The position numbers and the translations under genes were made by a program. A stretch of 64,000 nucleotides of DNA from an uncultured Rhodospirillaceae bacterium (GTDB lineage: Bacteria; Pseudomonadota; Alphaproteobacteria; GCA-2731375). The notes below the pieces were generated by a model. That model had not been told where the DNA came from. It made no database searches and saw nothing but the letters and a program-made list of their open reading frames with translations. The stretch covers positions 4,494 to 68,493 of the forward strand of contig CAZPWJ010000015.1 in assembly GCA_964590195.1 (NCBI GenBank). Reading direction: 5' to 3'. Each line of letters begins with the position of its first letter. Within the stretch, counting starts at the first letter, position 1. Positions 1-9,140 of the stretch are shown piece by piece.

Positions 1-207
1 CGGCCCCCGCACCCGGCCCTCGGCGCGCTCTCGATCCAGGGCATCCGCAATCATATCAGTGTCCGGATTGAGGAATGCGACCGCATTGAAGGCGCCATCG
101 TCAGACGCAATGACCTGGCGAAACCCTTCGACCAGATCCTTCGAGGTCGTCGCGCCGGATTGCATCGACGCCGCCAGTTCCCGGATCGTTGCGTCCCTAA
201 GTTCCAT
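1..207 (-). CDS. amidase-signature family protein, N-terminal part (CDS continues beyond window start)
   Basis: Minus-strand ATG at 207-205 preceded by a GGGAGG RBS. Translation MELRDATIRELAASMQSGATTSKDLVEGFRQVIASDDGAFNAVAFLNPD... has the pattern of amidase/GatA-type N-termini. It is absent from the ORF track because there is no stop inside the window. Confidence 0.5.
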   Translation of the reverse strand, partial: MELRDATIRELAASMQSGATTSKDLVEGFRQVIASDDGAFNAVAFLNPDTDMIADALDRERAEGRVRGP

Positions 208-258
208 CGATCGCCTCCCGCCTAAAAGCTTATACCACTCTTGTGCCAGGACAATGGT

Positions 259-867
259 CTAGCAGTGCAGGTCGTTCCAGATTTGTGCCAAGAACTCGGG
301 GCCGCCATGGCCCATGTAGGCCGCCGTCGCAACTGCCGCGAGGGCCTGCAACCGCACCAGATCGGGCGGAGAAAAGGTGTTGCGGGCCTGGGCGGCGGTG
401 ATCAGATGGCCGATGAACCCGCCCTGCCAGATCATCGGTGCATAAATGGCCGAACCCATGCGCGCGGTTTTCAGGATCTGCTTGAAATCGCCGTGATCGT
501 CTGTGTTTTCCAGGATCAAGGCCTGTTCATTTTTCCACACCCAGCCCGGATGGCCCGTATCCAGGGGATAGTACAGACGGTGCTGTTCCGCCGGGAAGCC
601 CCATTCGGCGATCAGGAAATGCGAAAGGTTGTCCGGGCTGACCATGAAGGCGCCGCCGACACAGAAATGCCGCTCGCCCGGTTTCAGGGCGCCGGGTTTT
701 TCATGGGCCGTATCATCGCCGGTAATGCGCAGGGCGGCATGCACGATTTCACGCACGGCAGCTTCGGCGTCGGGAGCATTGGCGGCGGCCTGGGCGGCAC
801 GGGCCGTCTCGTCCCAGGGATCATGGGTCAGGCTGCCGGGAATAACCTCGATCGCTGTCGTCATCAT
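259..867 (-). CDS. GAF domain-containing protein
   Basis: 266-aa ORF 259..1059. The ATG at 867 overlaps the TGA of the upstream gene (ATGA coupling), so the likely CDS is 259..867. The sequence is a GAF-like small-molecule-binding fold with no catalytic motifs recognised. Confidence 0.5.
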   Translation of the reverse strand: MMTTAIEVIPGSLTHDPWDETARAAQAAANAPDAEAAVREIVHAALRITGDDTAHEKPGALKPGERHFCVGGAFMVSPDNLSHFLIAEWGFPAEQHRLYYPLDTGHPGWVWKNEQALILENTDDHGDFKQILKTARMGSAIYAPMIWQGGFIGHLITAAQARNTFSPPDLVRLQALAAVATAAYMGHGGPEFLAQIWNDLHC

Positions 868-1721
868 TGAGGGGCCGGATTTTGCGCCGCCCAGTTTTCG
901 GCGATCTGCTGCCGGGTAGCGATCCATACATCCGGTTTCGCGGCCACATGCTGGAAAAATTTCTCCAGATAGCCGATCCGTCCGGGCCGTCCGATGATGC
1001 GCAAATGCAGGCCGAAAGACATCATCTGGGGATCGTTCGCGCCCTCGCGGTACAGCCATTCAAAGCTATCGATGGCGTATTGCAGCCAATCACTGGGTGT
1101 CAGGGAGGGCGCGGTCCACATCTTCATATCGTTCGAGTCCACCGCGTAGGGCAGGATCATAATCGGCTTTTCGTAACTGGTATCCCAAAACGGTTTGTCG
1201 CCGGAAAAGTCATCCATGTGATAGGTGAAGCCCTCCTCCATCAACAGCCGCCGGGTATTGTCGGTCAACAGATAGCGCGACAACCAGCCCGTGGGCCGGG
1301 ATCCGGTCGTGGCCTCGATGGAGCGGACGGCCTTGCGGATGAATTCCCGCTCCGTATCCTCGTCCATGTAGTATTGATGCACCCAGCGCCAGCCGTGACT
1401 GCAAACCTCGTGGCCGCCATTAACAATGGCTCTGGTCAGATCCGGGGCCTTTTCAAGGGCCTGGGCGGCGGCGGTGAAGGTGGCCGGAAAGCCAAAGTCA
1501 TCCAATAGCTTCATGACCCGCGGCGCGCCCGCCTTCAGGCCATAGAGATAATTGCTTTCGTTGGAATAATTGCGCACCGGCTTGTGCAGGGCAACGCCAA
1601 GTTCATCGACGATTTCCGGGCCCCGGTCGCCCTCGGTGATATTCATCTCGGCGCCTTCCTCGACATTGACGACGATCGAGAGGGCGAGGCGGGCATCCCC
1701 GGGCAGGTTCCATTTCGGCAT
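864..1721 (-). CDS. polysaccharide deacetylase family protein (PuuE allantoinase-like)
   Basis: 285 aa. The N-terminal LALSIVVNVEEGAE motif plus HEVCSHGWRW.. His motifs are typical of the PuuE/chitooligosaccharide-deacetylase fold. Confidence 0.65.
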   Translation of the reverse strand: MPKWNLPGDARLALSIVVNVEEGAEMNITEGDRGPEIVDELGVALHKPVRNYSNESNYLYGLKAGAPRVMKLLDDFGFPATFTAAAQALEKAPDLTRAIVNGGHEVCSHGWRWVHQYYMDEDTEREFIRKAVRSIEATTGSRPTGWLSRYLLTDNTRRLLMEEGFTYHMDDFSGDKPFWDTSYEKPIMILPYAVDSNDMKMWTAPSLTPSDWLQYAIDSFEWLYREGANDPQMMSFGLHLRIIGRPGRIGYLEKFFQHVAAKPDVWIATRQQIAENWAAQNPAPQ

Positions 1722-1792
1722 GAGGCTTCTCTTGTTTCGGCTTCCTTGACGCCAGGGTAGACGAGACCGGACCGGCTATCAAATGCCCGCCC

Positions 1793-4700
1793 TTATTCCG
1801 CGGCGTCGGATCGCTCGCCCATGGTTTGCCGCGCCACCAGATGGGCATACAGGCCGCGATGGGCGATCAACTCGTCATGGCGGCCCTGTTCGATCAGCTT
1901 GCCCTTTTCCAGCACGACGATGTGATCGGCATCGCGCACGGTGGACAGGCGATGGGCGATGACGATGGTGGTCCGCTCCGCCATCAGATCATCCAGGGCG
2001 GCGCGCACCAATTGTTCGTTGACGGCGTCCAGGTGCGAGGTTGCTTCGTCCAGGATCAGGACCGGCGCGTCCTTCAGGAATGCCCGCGCGATGGCGACCC
2101 GCTGCCGCTGTCCGCCCGACAGGCGCATGCCGCGCTCGCCCACCGGCGTCTCCAGGCCCTCGGGCAGGCCGGCGATGAAATCATCCAGAGCGGCGCGCTG
2201 GATCGCCTGGGCCAGCTCCGCCTGGCTCGCCTCGGGGCGGGCAATATGGATATTGGCGCCTAAGCTATCGTTGAACAAATAAGTGTCCTGGGCCACCAGG
2301 GCGATGCGCTGGCGCATCTCGTCCAATTGATAATCCCGCAGATCGTTGCCATCCAGTTCGATCCGGCCCCGGTCGGGGTCCCAAAAGCGCATGAACAAAT
2401 GCGCGATGGTGGTCTTGCCGGCCCCCGACGGCCCGACCAGGGCCAGGGTGCGGCCCACGGGCACGGTGAAGCTGACCCCTTCCAGGGCCGGCGCCTTGGT
2501 CCCTGCATAGCGGAAATCCACGTTGGCGAAACTTAATCCCGACGGCGCCTCCGGAGCCACGCCGGGGCCGTCCTGTACGGGGATATCTTCGCCGTGAATG
2601 GCATGCAGGCGCCGCGTCGCGCCCAGGGTGTCGGCCAGTTGCCGGCCAATATTGGCAATCTCGGAGATCGGCAGAAAGGCCGCCATGGCCAGCAGGGTCA
2701 ACAGAGGCAATTGCGCCGCCGGCAGGGCCCCGGCGCTGACCAGATCGGCACCCACGGTCACCACGGCCAGACCGCCCAGGCCGGTGGCCAGTTCCAGGGA
2801 CACGGTCTGCAAGGTCAATTCGCGAAAAAACGGTAGCCGCACCGTGATTTGCCGCCGCGCCAAGGCCATGAAATCGGCGCCCCGGCGGTCCTCGGCCTGA
2901 AAGGCCACGACTTCCGTCAGGCCCTGGATGCTGTCGACCGCATGGGCGTTCAATTCGCCCAGAGCCTCCCGCGCGGCGGAGCCCAGACGGTCGACCCGGC
3001 CACGCCGGAAAAAGGGGCTTAGACCGACGACAAGCAGAAACGGCGCCAGGGCCAGGGCCATGGGCGCCCCGAAATAGGCCAGGGTAATCAGCACCAACAA
3101 GGGCACCAGGACGGCGACGAAGGCCGGCGCCACGGTGTGGGCAAAGAAGAATTCAACGGTTTCCACATCCTGGGTGGCGACGGAGACCAGATCACCCGTG
3201 CGCCGCCCCAACAGATAGGCCGGCGCCAGTTTGTCCAGCTTCTCGAACAGGGCGATGCGCATCTCCGCCAACAGGCGGAAGGCCATGTCGTGGGCGATCC
3301 AGCTTTCCAGCCAATGCAGGATACCGGCCATGGGCGCCATCGCCGCCACGATCCACAGTAGATAACCATACGGCAGCCCGGACTTGACGGCGGCCACGGC
3401 CAGGGCGCCGACAATGCCGATACCCGTATAGGCAACAACCCGGCTGACGCCGAAAATAAAGGTCATGATCAGGCGGCCTTTCCAGGGCGCCACATAACCT
3501 AGAAGATTGCGAAAGGCACCGGCCCAGCCCATGCCCTGGGCCCGCAATATGGCATCGCTCTCGCCCGCCTCGATCGGCGGATCCTCGGCCACGGCCGCAA
3601 TATCCGTATCCGCCGCCGCCCGGGCTTCCAGACGCTGGTCCGCGCCGGACTTGTCTTGGGCCTGGGCCGCCATCAGACGGTGATAACTGCCGCCCAGGGC
3701 CATCAGTTCGTCGTGGCTGCCACTTTCGGCGATCCCGCCTTCGCCGCTATTGCCCAAAACCAAAATTCGGTCCGCATCAATGACGGAGGACAGCCGATGC
3801 GCGAAGATCATGGTGGTCCGCCCGGCCATCAGGCGGTCCAGGGCCTGCTGGATGACCGCTTCGTTTTCCGCATCGACCGAGGATAGCGCCTCGTCCAGCA
3901 CCAGGATCGGGGCGTCACGCAGCAAGGCCCGCGCGATGGCGATACGCTGGCGCTGCCCGCCCGACAGTTTCAGGCCCCGCTCGCCGACGATAGTCGCGAA
4001 ACCTTGCGGCAGGCCGGCGATGAACTCCGTGGCATTCGCGGCCTTCGCCGCCGCCTGTACTTCCGCCTCGCTGGCATCGGGCTTGCCCAGGCGGATATTG
4101 TCCTCGACGCTGCCAAAGAACAAATAGGTATCCTGCTGCACCACGGCGAACTGTTGGCGCAGGCTGGCCAGCGACTGGCGCCGGATATCCTGGCCGGCGA
4201 TCAGGATTTGCCCCTGGTCCGGATCATACAGGCGCAGCAACAGGCGCTGGATCGTGGTCTTGCCGGCCCCCGACGGCCCGACGATGCCGACCCGCTGGCC
4301 GGCCTGAATGGTGAAGTCCAGGCCGTCATGGGCCGCCTGATGGCTGCCGGGATAGGCAAAGCGCATGTCCTTGAATTGGACTGCGGCGGCGCCATCAAGA
4401 CTCAAGGTTTCGCCGCCATCGTCCTTCAGACTGGGCTCCGCCGCCAGAATGGCCAAAATACCTGTCGCCGCCGATTGCCCGACCATGCCCTGATGCAGCA
4501 GGTTACGGAGCTCGCGCAAGGGCCGATAGACCTCCACGCCCAGCATCAGCACCACCAACAGCACCCACATCTCGGTCTGCCCGGTGCTGACCCGCCAGGC
4601 ACCCACCGCCAGCGCGCCCGCGGCACCAAGCGCGATGCCGGTATCGGTGATGCCCCGGCCCAGGGCGTTGGTGGCCAGTACCCACATTGTGGTGCGGAAC

Positions 4701-5416
4701 AGATCATGGGCCTTGTCGGCCAGGCTTTTCGCCCGCACATGGCTTTGGCCAAAGGCCTTCAAGGTGCCCAAGCCCTGTAAACTATCGAGGAATTCGGCGG
4801 CGAAGGCGCCGTAGGATTTCGCCCTTGCCCGGGCGCTTTCCTTGTCCCAGAAATGAAAGGCCGACGGCGCCACCAGGGTAATCAGCGCAAATGCCAATAA
4901 AGTGGTGGCGACAAAGGGGTCGAGAAAGACTATAAAGACAAAAATCAGCACCGGCGTCAGGGCGGCGACGAACAGCTGCGGCAGATACTGGCCGAAATAC
5001 GTTTCCAGCTGTTCCACCCCCTCGACCAGGGAGACCAGCACATCGCCCGTACGCTTCAGGCCGAAATAGGCCGGGCCCAGATAGACGACCTGTTCGTATA
5101 GCCGTTGGCGCAGGGTCAGTTGTACCTTGGCCGAGGTGCGGTGGGCGACCATGTTGCGGCTGTATTCCAGGGCTCCGCGCAAAATCATGGTGCCGCCGAC
5201 CAGCAGGATCGGCCCCCACAACTCCGTCAGGCCCGCGCCATCGAAAACCAGCCCCAGCAGCCAGCCCAGCAGGACCAGTCGCAAGACGCCAATGGCGGCG
5301 GAAAACAGGCCAATCCCCACGGCGCCGAGGAGGCGATGGCGCAAACCTGCCGTGAAGCGCCAAAGCCGGGCGTCCAGATACATATGAAATTCCCACCTAG
5401 TTCGCGTGTCCCCCAC
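1793..5416 (-). CDS. fused ABC transporter permease/ATP-binding protein, CydD-CydC type (TMD-NBD-TMD-NBD)
   Basis: 1207 aa. It has two Walker A motifs (GPSGAGKTT twice), two LSGGQRQR signatures and two 6-TM regions. The first half has the CydD-like YLPQLFVAALTP motif and the second half the CydC-like GDLVSVATQDVETVE motif. The start may be the second ATG at 5383 (MYLD...). Confidence 0.8.
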   Translation of the reverse strand: MGDTRTRWEFHMYLDARLWRFTAGLRHRLLGAVGIGLFSAAIGVLRLVLLGWLLGLVFDGAGLTELWGPILLVGGTMILRGALEYSRNMVAHRTSAKVQLTLRQRLYEQVVYLGPAYFGLKRTGDVLVSLVEGVEQLETYFGQYLPQLFVAALTPVLIFVFIVFLDPFVATTLLAFALITLVAPSAFHFWDKESARARAKSYGAFAAEFLDSLQGLGTLKAFGQSHVRAKSLADKAHDLFRTTMWVLATNALGRGITDTGIALGAAGALAVGAWRVSTGQTEMWVLLVVLMLGVEVYRPLRELRNLLHQGMVGQSAATGILAILAAEPSLKDDGGETLSLDGAAAVQFKDMRFAYPGSHQAAHDGLDFTIQAGQRVGIVGPSGAGKTTIQRLLLRLYDPDQGQILIAGQDIRRQSLASLRQQFAVVQQDTYLFFGSVEDNIRLGKPDASEAEVQAAAKAANATEFIAGLPQGFATIVGERGLKLSGGQRQRIAIARALLRDAPILVLDEALSSVDAENEAVIQQALDRLMAGRTTMIFAHRLSSVIDADRILVLGNSGEGGIAESGSHDELMALGGSYHRLMAAQAQDKSGADQRLEARAAADTDIAAVAEDPPIEAGESDAILRAQGMGWAGAFRNLLGYVAPWKGRLIMTFIFGVSRVVAYTGIGIVGALAVAAVKSGLPYGYLLWIVAAMAPMAGILHWLESWIAHDMAFRLLAEMRIALFEKLDKLAPAYLLGRRTGDLVSVATQDVETVEFFFAHTVAPAFVAVLVPLLVLITLAYFGAPMALALAPFLLVVGLSPFFRRGRVDRLGSAAREALGELNAHAVDSIQGLTEVVAFQAEDRRGADFMALARRQITVRLPFFRELTLQTVSLELATGLGGLAVVTVGADLVSAGALPAAQLPLLTLLAMAAFLPISEIANIGRQLADTLGATRRLHAIHGEDIPVQDGPGVAPEAPSGLSFANVDFRYAGTKAPALEGVSFTVPVGRTLALVGPSGAGKTTIAHLFMRFWDPDRGRIELDGNDLRDYQLDEMRQRIALVAQDTYLFNDSLGANIHIARPEASQAELAQAIQRAALDDFIAGLPEGLETPVGERGMRLSGGQRQRVAIARAFLKDAPVLILDEATSHLDAVNEQLVRAALDDLMAERTTIVIAHRLSTVRDADHIVVLEKGKLIEQGRHDELIAHRGLYAHLVARQTMGERSDAAE

Positions 5417-5439
5417 AGCCCAAGATCACGGGCCGCGTC

Positions 5440-5640
5440 CCAAGCATAATCTATGCCGTCCGGACCGCCATGCCAATGGACAAGTGGCGGGTGATTGAAG
5501 TTGTATATTTTACCGCGATATTTTGCTGGATTTCTTGTTGTATTTGATGGCGAGGCAAGTATTCTCATGGGCAACAAGAAAATCCAGCCATTGGGCCGGT
5601 ATGCCCGCGTGGCTTGGGGTATATTTGTTTTTGAGAGGAC
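5440..5640 (+). promoter_or_regulatory. AT-rich structured leader upstream of cbtB; candidate (atypical) cobalamin riboswitch
   Basis: 230-bp low-GC leader in a high-GC genome directly 5' of cbtBA. It contains GGTGATTGAAG, TGGCGAGGCAAG (compare TGGCGAGGAAAC in the cobW riboswitch), GAAAATCC and GCCATTGGGCC (B12-box-like GCCACTG). The 3' GGGAAGGC element is not seen, so the call is tentative. Confidence 0.3.
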
Positions 5641-5646
5641 AAACGC

Positions 5647-5832
5647 ATGGCGCAGACAAGAGTTGCCAACCAGACAACCGCGACACAGGTACGTACCGCA
5701 CAGGTCATGCAGGCAGGCTTGGCGGCCCTTCTGGGGCTGGCGCTGTTCATTGGCGTGGCCCTGTCCCACCCCGCCGCAGTCCATAATGCAGCCCATGATT
5801 CCCGCCATGGCATAGCGGCGCCCTGCCACTAA
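5647..5832 (+). CDS. cbtB: cobalt transporter subunit CbtB
   Basis: 61 aa with a single TM helix and a His-rich C-terminus (HNAAHDSRHG); GAGAGGA RBS; immediately upstream of cbtA. Confidence 0.7.
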   Translation: MAQTRVANQTTATQVRTAQVMQAGLAALLGLALFIGVALSHPAAVHNAAHDSRHGIAAPCH

Positions 5833-5873
5833 ACCGTTGATGCCATTTTAGGCGGCCACCCCTGGGGGATTTG

Positions 5874-6608
5874 ATGGCATTTTTCAAATCGATTCTGATC
5901 AGCGCCTTGATTGCCGGCATCGTGGCCGGCGCGGGGCTGACAGGTCTGCAAACCCTAAAGGTCTATCCCCTGATCTTTGCGGCCGAAGCCTTCGAAGACG
6001 ACGGCCAGCCGCAAGCGGCCCATGCTCATCATCAGGAAGGCAGTACGGGCAATTCAGCGGTATCGGACCATCACCATGACGAAGCCGCATGGATGCCCGC
6101 CGATGGCGCGGAACGGCTGTTCTTTTCGTTATTGTCCAATGTCCTAATGGGCGTTGCCTTGGGATTGATCCTGGCCGCGGTTTTCGCCCTACGCCAGGTG
6201 ATCAGTTGGCGACAGGGGGTGATCTGGGGCGTGGGCGGCTTTATCGCCCTTAATCTGGCGCCCGCCATGGGCGTGCCGCCGGAACTACCGGGCATGCCGG
6301 CGGGGGATTTGCTGGCGCGGCAAACCTGGTGGCTGTCCACCGCGCTGTTAACGGCGGGCGGCATTGCCCTGATCTTTCTCTCAAACGCATTGATCTGGCG
6401 CACGGCGGGCATTGCCATGATCGCCCTGCCGCATATTTTCGGCGCACCGCATCCCCATAGCATGGAAAGCGCCGTGCCGGCGGTCCTGGCGGCTGACTTT
6501 GCCACCGCCAGTCTGGCCACGAATTTAGTTTTCTGGGCCATTCTCGGCTTGCTGACGGCGGAAGCCATGGCCCGCATGCCCCGAAACGAACAGTCCGAAG
6601 CGCTTTAG
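5874..6608 (+). CDS. cbtA: cobalt transporter subunit CbtA
   Basis: 5 TM segments plus the His-rich loop HAHHQEGSTGNSAVSDHHHDE. ATG at 5874 (the ORF-track start 5871 is TTG). Paired with cbtB in a B12 locus. Confidence 0.8.
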   Translation: MAFFKSILISALIAGIVAGAGLTGLQTLKVYPLIFAAEAFEDDGQPQAAHAHHQEGSTGNSAVSDHHHDEAAWMPADGAERLFFSLLSNVLMGVALGLILAAVFALRQVISWRQGVIWGVGGFIALNLAPAMGVPPELPGMPAGDLLARQTWWLSTALLTAGGIALIFLSNALIWRTAGIAMIALPHIFGAPHPHSMESAVPAVLAADFATASLATNLVFWAILGLLTAEAMARMPRNEQSEAL

Positions 6609-6662
6609 ATTATTTTCGATTTCATCGAGTTGCCGGACCGCATTTGAAAATGCGCTAGAATC

Positions 6663-7676
6663 TTAATCTGATTTTTCCGCCACGCCGGCATCGGCGAAGC
6701 TGGCCATGCCCGCGTGTGTGGCAAGTGCCGCCCGCAACAGCGGGATCGCCGCCGCCGCGCCCGAGGCCTCGCCCAGGCGCATGCCCAGGTCCAGCAGCGG
6801 CGACAAGCCCATGCGTTGCAGCAGGCGCACATGCCCCGGTTCCGCCGAGACGTGGGCGGCCCAGCAGTGCTCCAGAAAGCCCGGTGCCGCCGCCTGCAAA
6901 GGTGCCAGAGCGGCGGAGGCCACGTAGCCGTCGATCAACAGCGGGATACGGGCCCGCCGCGCCGCCAGGGCGGCACCCGCCATGGCCGCTAATTCCCGCC
7001 CGCCCAGACAGCGGGCGATTTCCAGTGGATCGTTCAGAATATCGCCATGGCGGGATCTGCCGGCGGCCACGGCCTGGGCCTTGCGCGCCAGGCCCGCGTC
7101 ATCAACGCCGGTACCGCGCCCGGTCCAATCCTGTGCCGCGCCGCCATACAGTGCATGCGCAAGGGCGGCCGATACGGTTGTATTGCCAATGCCCATTTCG
7201 CCAATGCAGACCAGATCCGCATCATCGTCCACTTGGGTCATGCCCTGCCGCATGGCGTCGAGAAATTCCTCCCAACTCATGGCGGGACCTTGGGTGAAAT
7301 CCGCGGTTGGTTTGTCCAAATCAAGATCCAGAACTTTCAATTCCGCCCCGGCCATGGCGCACAATTGGTTGATGGCGGCGCCGCCGGCGGCGAAATTTGC
7401 CACCATCTGCGCCGTAACCTCCGCCGGAAAGGCGGAGACGCCCTGTGCGACAACGCCATGATTGCCGGCAAAGACCAGAACCTGGGCTTTATCCAGCCTC
7501 GGCACCTCGTGGCCCTGCCAGGCAGCCAGCCAGAGGACCAGATCCTCCAGCTTTCCCAGCGCCCCTTGGGGTTTGGTCAACATGTCATTGCGCGCCTTGG
7601 CATCCGCCTGTGCCTGGACATCGGCGGCAGGCAGATCGCGCAACAGGCGGCGTAGCTCTTCTTGGCTTTGTGGCAT
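6663..7676 (-). CDS. cobT: nicotinate-nucleotide--dimethylbenzimidazole phosphoribosyltransferase
   Basis: 337 aa with the MLTKPQGALGKLEDL and GEMGIGNTT motifs of CobT. Confidence 0.9.
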   Translation of the reverse strand: MPQSQEELRRLLRDLPAADVQAQADAKARNDMLTKPQGALGKLEDLVLWLAAWQGHEVPRLDKAQVLVFAGNHGVVAQGVSAFPAEVTAQMVANFAAGGAAINQLCAMAGAELKVLDLDLDKPTADFTQGPAMSWEEFLDAMRQGMTQVDDDADLVCIGEMGIGNTTVSAALAHALYGGAAQDWTGRGTGVDDAGLARKAQAVAAGRSRHGDILNDPLEIARCLGGRELAAMAGAALAARRARIPLLIDGYVASAALAPLQAAAPGFLEHCWAAHVSAEPGHVRLLQRMGLSPLLDLGMRLGEASGAAAAIPLLRAALATHAGMASFADAGVAEKSD

Positions 7677-7681
7677 GGCGT

Positions 7682-9055
7682 TTACTGGTAGTCCTGTGTT
7701 GGGGACCGGCTGTCCCGGTCGATTAAATGTATGAAGCTGCCCATGACCTTGCCGGAACGAAGGCCAACTTTGGCATCTTGCTGACCCAGGGCGTCACGGG
7801 CGCTGAATAGATGCTCGCCCTGCTCCTTTGCGATAGTAGCATAGTGAAATTCGTGGCCCCGATATGCAGCGTCTTTCGCGCCCAGGGGCCCGGCATGAAG
7901 CAGCCGCGCCTGCCGGTAACCTAGATGCAGCTTCCGCGTAGCAAACGAAGTTTCCAGGCCAAGCAGCCCGGCCATGGCATGGTGCCCGCCGTCCTGGTCG
8001 ACGACGCCTTGGCCCAGCACCATATAGCCGCCGCACTCCCCCAGAATGACGGCACCGCGCGCCGCCGCGTCCCGCAGTCCAGCTATAAAGGATTGGTTCG
8101 CGGCCAGGGCGCCTGCGTGCAGTTCGGGATAACCGCCCGGTAGATAGACCGCATCCGCGTCCGATCTGGGCGCCTCGTCCGCCAGGGGCGAGAAGATGCT
8201 GATCTCGGCGCCGGCCCGGCGCCAATCAACCAGTACATGGGGATAACAGAACTCGAAGGCGATATCCCTGGCCACCGCAATATGCTGGCCCAAGGGCGGA
8301 ACTGGGGGTGGAATTGAGGACGGCATGGCGGCGGCCGGTTCGGTAGCCGCGAAGGCCGGCGCGGCAGCGATGTCATGTAGCCCGTCCAGATCCACATCAC
8401 GGGCAAGATTATCCGCCGCGCGATCGAGCAAGGCATCCAGGTCGGCCCGCTCGGCGGCCTGCACCAGACCGAGGTGCCGGGCGTGGAGGACAAGGGTTGG
8501 GTCGGCGGCAAGCACGCCAAACACCCGGATGTTCACATCGGCGCAGGCATCAAACAGCATTTTGCGGTGACGCGGACTGCCCACTTGGGTGAAGATCACA
8601 CCGGCCACGTTCACATCCGTGCGGTAATTGACAAAGCCTTGCGCCAGCGCCGCGACCGAGGCGCCCTGGCCCTTGGTATTGATGACCAGGATCACCGGCA
8701 GCCCGTAGGCCGCCGCCAAGTCGGCGGTGGAGCCATCGCCGCTGACGGCGCCATCGAACAGGCCCATCACGCCTTCGACAAGGAAACGGCCGCCGCTTTG
8801 TGCCTGCAACAACTGGTTCAGCCTCTCCGGCGCCATGGCCCATGGATCAAGGTTGCCGCAGGTCGAGCCCGCGGCGGCAGATAGGAAACCGGGATCAATA
8901 TAGTCGGGGCCCACCTTGTAGGGCGTGACGCCACCCGCATCCCTGCTCAACAGGCGCAGCAGGGCTGCCGAGACAAGGGTCTTGCCGGAATTCGAGCATG
9001 GCGCGGCGAGCACCCAGCCACGTGCCGTATTGTCCGAATGCGCCCACTTGTTCAC
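7682..9055 (-). CDS. cobB: cobyrinic/hydrogenobyrinic acid a,c-diamide synthase
   Basis: 457 aa with an N-terminal CbiA/CobB ATPase (GKTLVSAALLRLL) and a C-terminal glutamine amidotransferase domain. Confidence 0.9.
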   Translation of the reverse strand: MNKWAHSDNTARGWVLAAPCSNSGKTLVSAALLRLLSRDAGGVTPYKVGPDYIDPGFLSAAAGSTCGNLDPWAMAPERLNQLLQAQSGGRFLVEGVMGLFDGAVSGDGSTADLAAAYGLPVILVINTKGQGASVAALAQGFVNYRTDVNVAGVIFTQVGSPRHRKMLFDACADVNIRVFGVLAADPTLVLHARHLGLVQAAERADLDALLDRAADNLARDVDLDGLHDIAAAPAFAATEPAAAMPSSIPPPVPPLGQHIAVARDIAFEFCYPHVLVDWRRAGAEISIFSPLADEAPRSDADAVYLPGGYPELHAGALAANQSFIAGLRDAAARGAVILGECGGYMVLGQGVVDQDGGHHAMAGLLGLETSFATRKLHLGYRQARLLHAGPLGAKDAAYRGHEFHYATIAKEQGEHLFSARDALGQQDAKVGLRSGKVMGSFIHLIDRDSRSPTQDYQ

Positions 9056-9140
9056 GTCGTTGTTTCTTTTCCTGGCTTGCGGCTAAGCTTAATTCATGCC
9101 TATTGCAGGGCAGGCGAGTGATCAAGAGGTTTTCGACGGA

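Noticed and set aside
59-262. 67-aa plus-strand ORF
   Set aside because: It lies antisense across the start of the amidase gene and its RBS, with no features of its own.
5495-5829. Cluster of 61-200 aa ORFs on both strands in the cbtB leader
   Set aside because: The region is an AT-rich untranslated leader (candidate riboswitch). The ORFs are short, overlapping and without RBS.
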